64,000 nt of DNA from contig NZ_CP113797.1 of the NCBI RefSeq assembly GCF_026802175.1, positions 719,026 to 783,025 on the forward strand, given 5' to 3'. The DNA is from Thermocoleostomius sinensis A174. GTDB taxonomy: Bacteria; Cyanobacteriota; Cyanobacteriia; Elainellales; Elainellaceae. The stretch's first letter is position 1; each line of letters starts with the position of its first letter. The position numbers and the translations under genes were made by a program. Below the pieces are notes generated by a model, which saw only the letters and a program-made list of their open reading frames with translations, made no database searches and had not been told where the DNA came from. Of this stretch, positions 59,527-64,000 are shown in pieces.

Positions 59527-60327
59527 TCAATGAATGGCCGATCGGTTTTGTAAAAGCCCATCTGCTTGTAGCATACCGTCTTCCAGATAGGTAACGCGAT
59601 CGGCCACATCAACAATACGCGGATCGTGCGTCACCATCACCACAGTGCGATTTCTTTCTTTAGCTAGCTGCCGCAGCAGAGAAATAACCGCATGACCGCT
59701 TTGGGAATCGAGTGCAGCAGTTGGTTCGTCTGCCATGATGATTTCTGGATTACCAGTCAAGGCACGAGCAATGGCCACCCGCTGCTTCTGTCCACCTGAC
59801 AGATCGCGTGGCATGGACTTAGCCTTGTGAGCCAGCCCCACTTGCTCCAGCAACGCCATCGCTTCTCGACGGCCGGCTCGCCCTTTGAGTCCCTTCATCT
59901 CCAGCGCCAGTTCCACGTTTTCCATCGCATTTAGAGCCGGAAATAAATTAAACTCCTGAAAAATAAAGCCAATATTTTTTAGCCGAATTTTAGACAACTT
60001 GGCACGGGACGATCGGGTTAAATCGTGTCCTAGTAGGCAAACTCGCCCTTGTGTAGGGGTCAAAATTCCGCCCAAGATAGACAACAGCGTGGTTTTGCCA
60101 GAACCAGACGGCCCCATCAGCAGATGCACCTCGCCTTGATTAATGTCTAGGTTGATATCTTTGAGCGCACGATATTTCTGAGAGCCGTTTTGAAATACCA
60201 TTTCCACACCCCTAGCAACGATCGCTTTACCACCATGCAGGGTGTTTGGCGTTGAGTCACAGGATGCATCGAGCCGCTTTGCGGTGTCTGTCAAACTCAC
60301 TTGAAAATTGATAGGCGTGGCAGTCAT
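59527..60327 (-). CDS. devA: ABC transporter ATP-binding protein, DevA/MacB/LolD-like
   Basis: Walker A GPSGSGKTTLL, signature LSGGQKQRVAIARAL, Walker B IIMADEPTAALD. The ATG at 60327 (MTATPINFQ…) is preferred over the GTG at 60360. Confidence 0.8.
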   Translation of the reverse strand: MTATPINFQVSLTDTAKRLDASCDSTPNTLHGGKAIVARGVEMVFQNGSQKYRALKDINLDINQGEVHLLMGPSGSGKTTLLSILGGILTPTQGRVCLLGHDLTRSSRAKLSKIRLKNIGFIFQEFNLFPALNAMENVELALEMKGLKGRAGRREAMALLEQVGLAHKAKSMPRDLSGGQKQRVAIARALTGNPEIIMADEPTAALDSQSGHAVISLLRQLAKERNRTVVMVTHDPRIVDVADRVTYLEDGMLQADGLLQNRSAIH

Positions 60328-60711
60328 GAGAAGGGGTATCGTAGATGGGCAACAGGTCACTCAAGGTTAGGCGATAGCGCTAGGAAGCAGGTCAGCAGGT
60401 TAATGATCAAGCAATTCGTGGTCGCAGAACGAAAGCAAAGCGTTTATGGATACTCGAACTATCCAGCATCAAGAGTAGATTCACAACCAACGGGATGTAA
60501 TTCGGATTCGTAGTTAAGTTCATAGCTAGGCAACAGACGCAATCAACAGGGGATGAACAGACTAATGGTGCTGGTTTGTTTTTTGAGTAGATTATCCTAG
60601 TTTCATCTTAGTGAGTCTTCTTATGGTTCGTAACATCCTTTCAGGTGATCTATAGGGTGTATTCATCGTTATGTAAAAACGAGATGTATTTTTGTCATGA
60701 TTTGAACATTT

Positions 60712-61944
60712 TCACGATTTAAATACGATCGCTGGGTCAACTCGGGTCACTTTCTGTGTTGCAAATAGCGCCGAACCAACACACATAAGCACAGTGATGC
60801 CGAATATGGCGGTAGCGGTGATGGGTGTAATCAGAATCATGATGCCTTGGGTGGTAAACGTCCAAACCCCCAACCCGATACAAAGCATTAGACTGGGAAT
60901 ATAGCCTAGAACGGCCATCCACAGCGCCTGACGAATAATAATCCCGTAGACGATGCGATCGGCCACGCCCATCGCTTTCAGGGTGGCAAATTCCTTCATG
61001 TGATCCGATACCGAGGAGTAGAGGATTTGCCCCACAATAACCATCCCTACCACTACGCCTACGGCCGCCCCCAGTCCCAAGATAAACCCAACACCCGTGC
61101 GGCGAATCCAATAGCGACGAGTGCGGCTGGCCATTTCCTCTCGTGTTAAGACCCTTGTGTTGGGTAAGAGTTGCGCTAGCTGTTGCTTTAGAGACGGCAG
61201 ATCTTCGCCAGGTCTAGCTCGAACCAAGACATAGGTGATCGGATCGGTGTCTGCCAGCGGCGTTAGTGCAGGATTACTTTGGGTAGATTGCTCGTAAACA
61301 CTGCTACAAACGAACTCTTCACCTTGAAAGCGACAGTTCAAGTTTGCTGTGCGCCCGCCTGTAGAAATGGCTTTCGCGGTTTCAATGCTGCTGAATAGAT
61401 AGGCACTAGAGGCGATAGATTGCGTATCTTCGGTAAGACCAACTAATTCAACCCCCAGCGAGCCGATGTTAGCCGTGGTGCCCGTCTGTTGCACATCTAA
61501 ACTACTCAGGGTGGCTTTATCAGCGATGACCGTATAGGGTTGGTTTAAGGTGTTCACCTGTCCTTCAATCAACGGCGACGGACTAAATAATTGTCCTGCT
61601 GGATCAAACCCAAACAGCCGAATAGTGGTGATTTTCCCCTGAGGGCTGCGCCAGATGCCACCTCCCAGAAACAAAGGTTCCGCCCGCTCCACTCCCGGAA
61701 CTTGCTGCGCCAGCTTCAAATGTCCAGCGGGAATCGGCAGAGTCAATTCCAAGTTGACCATGTCGGCACTGGCGACCCACACATCTGCCGCCGATCGATC
61801 GATTAAAACACCAACCGAACGAGAGAAACCGTTCAAAAGCCCCACCTGAATGGTGACGAGGCTCACGGCAAACATAATGCCAGCCTGCGCCACCAAAAAG
61901 CGAGGAATGTCTTCAAACAGATTCTTGCGAGCAACAGAAGTCAT
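60712..61944 (-). CDS. devC: ABC transporter permease, DevC-like (MacB periplasmic core domain + FtsX C-terminal 4-TM domain)
   Basis: An N-terminal TM, a large periplasmic domain and the C-terminal FtsX-like permease region. The ATG at 61944 (MTSVARKNLFEDIPRFL) is preferred. Confidence 0.75.
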   Translation of the reverse strand: MTSVARKNLFEDIPRFLVAQAGIMFAVSLVTIQVGLLNGFSRSVGVLIDRSAADVWVASADMVNLELTLPIPAGHLKLAQQVPGVERAEPLFLGGGIWRSPQGKITTIRLFGFDPAGQLFSPSPLIEGQVNTLNQPYTVIADKATLSSLDVQQTGTTANIGSLGVELVGLTEDTQSIASSAYLFSSIETAKAISTGGRTANLNCRFQGEEFVCSSVYEQSTQSNPALTPLADTDPITYVLVRARPGEDLPSLKQQLAQLLPNTRVLTREEMASRTRRYWIRRTGVGFILGLGAAVGVVVGMVIVGQILYSSVSDHMKEFATLKAMGVADRIVYGIIIRQALWMAVLGYIPSLMLCIGLGVWTFTTQGIMILITPITATAIFGITVLMCVGSALFATQKVTRVDPAIVFKS

Positions 61945-62242
61945 GAAACTAAACGGTTCAACTGAATGACGGTCTCGATCAACAGGTTCAATCAACAGGG
62001 TTCAATCAGCGTAGTCAACCACCAACGGGTTGCATGAGTCAGCTTGGATTAGCCGTCTGAGGACCCGATACTGGGCGCTGGATCGATCGACGTATCCTAT
62101 GACTCTACTGTGCCCGTACTGAGGCAAAGATGGTTTGTGTGCCAGTCAAACTTGGTGTCTCTTCATCAAGTGTGTCTGAGCGATAAGAGCCATCTGGATG
62201 CCTTGATTGTAGGTGCCGATCGAGACCAACTAAGGTTGTTGG

Positions 62243-63790
62243 CTACGAGAGTTTAGTTAAGGCTCGCAGAAATCCCTTTGTTCGAGGCGTTAGCAGGGTG
62301 CGTCGATAGGCATCGGCAGCTTTTTTGATGGCTTCGGCTTGGGTGGGATAGGGATGAATGACGCTAGAGAGCTTATTGAGTCCCAACTTGTGCACCATTG
62401 CTGTTGTGACTTCGCTGATCATTTCTCCGGCATGACGAGCCACGATCGTCGCTCCCAGAATTTTGTCTGATCCTCGTGGGTGCAGAATTTTTAGAAAGCC
62501 AGATTCCTCACCATCTGCCAACGCGCGATCGACTTCTTCAAAAGGAATGGTAATCACTTCAACGTCAATCCCCTGTTGTTGCGCTTCTTGCTCATAAAGA
62601 CCTACATGGGCAATCTCCGGATCGGTGTACGTCACCCAGGGCATGACCAAGCTGCTGAGCGTCGATCGTCCCAGCCCAAAGGGGGCAAACAGCGTATTCT
62701 TGATCACAATGCGAGCAGCCGCATCAGCCGCATGGGTAAATTTCCAGTCCATGCAAATATCCCCGGCCGCGTAGATGTGGGGATTCGTCGTTTGCAGATA
62801 ATCATTGACCGCGATCCCGCGCTGGCGATTGTACTCCACTCCAACCGATTCTAGGTTCAGCCCTTCCACATTTGGGGCACGACCCGCCCCCACCAAAATT
62901 TCATCGACGGTGATGGAGTCCGGGTTGCCATCCCGAGTAAAGTGAATCACCTTGCCTTCAGACGTAGACTCAACGCGTCTCAAGGCGCTGTTCAGGACTA
63001 AATCAATGCCTTCACGAATGAACACTCGCTGCACCACTGCGGCTGCATCGGCATCTTCTTTGTTAAGAATATGGGAACCGCGATGAAACAGAATTACCTG
63101 CGACCCCAACCGCTGAAAGGTTTGAGCCAGTTCACTGCCGATCGGGCCACCGCCAATCACCGCTAAGCGCGATGGACGTTCGGTCAAGGAAAACACCGTT
63201 TCGTTGGTGAGACAGCCAGCCTGATCTAATCCGTCAACATTAGGAACCGCTGCCCTTGCCCCCGTAGCAATCACGGCTTTTTTGTAGCGCAGCGTTGTTC
63301 CGCCTACCGCAATCGTACCGGGTTCAACAAATTGTCCGGCTCCCAAAAACACATCAATGCCTAAATTGCGAAAGCGATCGGCCGAGTCGTGATCGCTAAT
63401 GCCTGCCCGCACTTGTCGCATTCGGGCCATGACGGCTGCAAAATCAACCTCAATTGAGTTGGGCGATCGTACCCCAAATCGATCGGCCGCTCGCATTTCT
63501 GCCACTACCCGCGACGATCGAATCACACATTTCGACGGCACACAGCCAACATTGAGGCAATCTCCCCCCATTAAGTGCTTCTCAATCAACGCCACCTTCA
63601 ACCCTAGCCCCAGCCCCGCTGCCCCGGCCGCTACCACTAATCCTGCTGTACCCGCCCCGATCACAACCAAATCATAGCGATCGCGCGGTTGCGGATTCGT
63701 CCAGTCTGGCGGATGCACCCGAGACACCAAACGCTGGTTGAATTCGTCCATGGGGGAAACAACCACAGGTTGAAAGGCAGATTGAGACAC
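62243..63790 (-). CDS. Class I pyridine nucleotide-disulfide oxidoreductase (dihydrolipoyl dehydrogenase / mercuric-reductase-like core without metal-binding extensions)
   Basis: FAD motif VVIGAGTAGLVVA, redox-active disulfide GGDCLNVGCVPSK, NAD motif, and a C-terminal dimerisation domain with the His-Pro-x-x-x-Glu-like HPYPTQAE. No NmerA domain and no C-terminal Cys pair. Confidence 0.8.
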   Translation of the reverse strand: MSQSAFQPVVVSPMDEFNQRLVSRVHPPDWTNPQPRDRYDLVVIGAGTAGLVVAAGAAGLGLGLKVALIEKHLMGGDCLNVGCVPSKCVIRSSRVVAEMRAADRFGVRSPNSIEVDFAAVMARMRQVRAGISDHDSADRFRNLGIDVFLGAGQFVEPGTIAVGGTTLRYKKAVIATGARAAVPNVDGLDQAGCLTNETVFSLTERPSRLAVIGGGPIGSELAQTFQRLGSQVILFHRGSHILNKEDADAAAVVQRVFIREGIDLVLNSALRRVESTSEGKVIHFTRDGNPDSITVDEILVGAGRAPNVEGLNLESVGVEYNRQRGIAVNDYLQTTNPHIYAAGDICMDWKFTHAADAAARIVIKNTLFAPFGLGRSTLSSLVMPWVTYTDPEIAHVGLYEQEAQQQGIDVEVITIPFEEVDRALADGEESGFLKILHPRGSDKILGATIVARHAGEMISEVTTAMVHKLGLNKLSSVIHPYPTQAEAIKKAADAYRRTLLTPRTKGFLRALTKLS

Positions 63791-63827
63791 GATTAGCTCC
63801 TGAAGAGATGAAGGATGAAAGGAAAGA

Positions 63828-64000
63828 TTAGCTGGTTCTTTTTTCGGGCAGAGTGTCCGGGTCGATCGACTCTGACAGTGCTTTTCGAGCCAGGCGCGTT
63901 ACATACAGGGTTACGGCGAGTGTTGCCAGGAACCCGAAAATGCGGATTGCCCATTGCACAGTAGGGTTGGTGGGCTGCTCATTGGTACCGATTAAAGCCA
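63828..64000 (-). CDS. Partial CDS: C-terminus of a hydrophobic protein entering from beyond the window end
   Basis: An open frame on the minus strand from the window edge to the TAA at 63828-63830 (…IGTNEQPTNPTVQWAIRIFGFLATLAVTLYVTRLARKALSESIDPDTLPEKRTS*). Confidence 0.3.
   Translation of the reverse strand, partial: ALIGTNEQPTNPTVQWAIRIFGFLATLAVTLYVTRLARKALSESIDPDTLPEKRTS

Noticed and set aside
62243-63790. Mercuric reductase MerA
   Set aside because: It has the CxxxxC disulfide and FAD/NAD motifs but lacks the N-terminal HMA (NmerA) domain and the C-terminal vicinal Cys pair. No merR/merT/merP is nearby. It was called a generic dihydrolipoyl-dehydrogenase-family flavoprotein.
1-64000. 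CRISPR arrays, rRNA, tRNA, tmRNA, RNase P, transposase/IS ORFs, integrases, prophage genes
   Set aside because: None of these was found on either strand: no regularly spaced direct repeats, no tRNA T-loop/acceptor signatures, no transposase or integrase ORFs. The only mobile-element evidence is the non-autonomous MITE-like repeat family.

Overview
This 64 kb window looks like a cyanobacterial chromosome segment. GCGATCGC/CGATCG (HIP1-like) palindromes are very dense, and the gene content is typical: ccdA-ccs1 system II cytochrome c biogenesis, pheS, mnmA, rsmI, Uma2/DUF820, DUF1400, SLH and DevCA-like genes. Coding density is high, with about 60 genes, mostly housekeeping, envelope and polysaccharide functions: GT4, GT2, Bac_transf, a Wzm/Wzt ABC exporter and WecG/TagA. 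I found no rRNA, tRNA, CRISPR array, transposase or prophage genes. The ORF track shows M for GTG and TTG starts, so several gene starts were re-assigned to internal ATG or GTG codons with better context.

The strongest observations, in order of my confidence:
- A near-consensus TPP (THI-box) riboswitch sits on the minus strand at about 4680-4768, directly 5' of a sodium:solute symporter family transporter (3090-4583). This predicts a ThiV-like thiamine or thiamine-precursor importer.
- A MITE-like short repeat family has four copies. One is complete (41554-41712), with 13-bp perfect terminal inverted repeats and an 8-bp target-site duplication CCAAATTA. Three are partial or variant copies (20216-20317, 56477-56589, 59421-59490). 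All lie in intergenic DNA at or just beyond gene ends, and one supplies a gene's stop codon.
- A co-directional cluster at 54025-59400 encodes GlpQ, a 398-aa GNAT-fold acyltransferase, a B12-binding radical SAM enzyme with a DUF4070 tail, and an NAD-dependent epimerase. Its product is unknown; it could be lipid or hopanoid tailoring.
- A poorly conserved accessory stretch at 36.7-39.5 kb holds an RHH regulator, two hypothetical genes separated by a clean intrinsic terminator, a highly disordered charged protein, and an 816-bp ORF-poor AT-rich region. That region contains repeated TTTCSGAAA-type palindromes and a perfect 9-bp inverted repeat.
- Unusual domain architectures: an SPFH-FHA fusion; a DUF1400 alpha/beta-hydrolase fused to an SBP_bac_3 domain; a tandem-PPC protein with no catalytic domain; a 2Fe-2S/Moco aldehyde oxidoreductase with no FAD subunit; and a lone LarB translationally coupled to a Cys/His-tailed hypothetical protein.

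I could not verify a single clearly novel multi-gene system by eye. The riboswitch-transporter pair, the MITE family and the radical-SAM cluster are the best leads.
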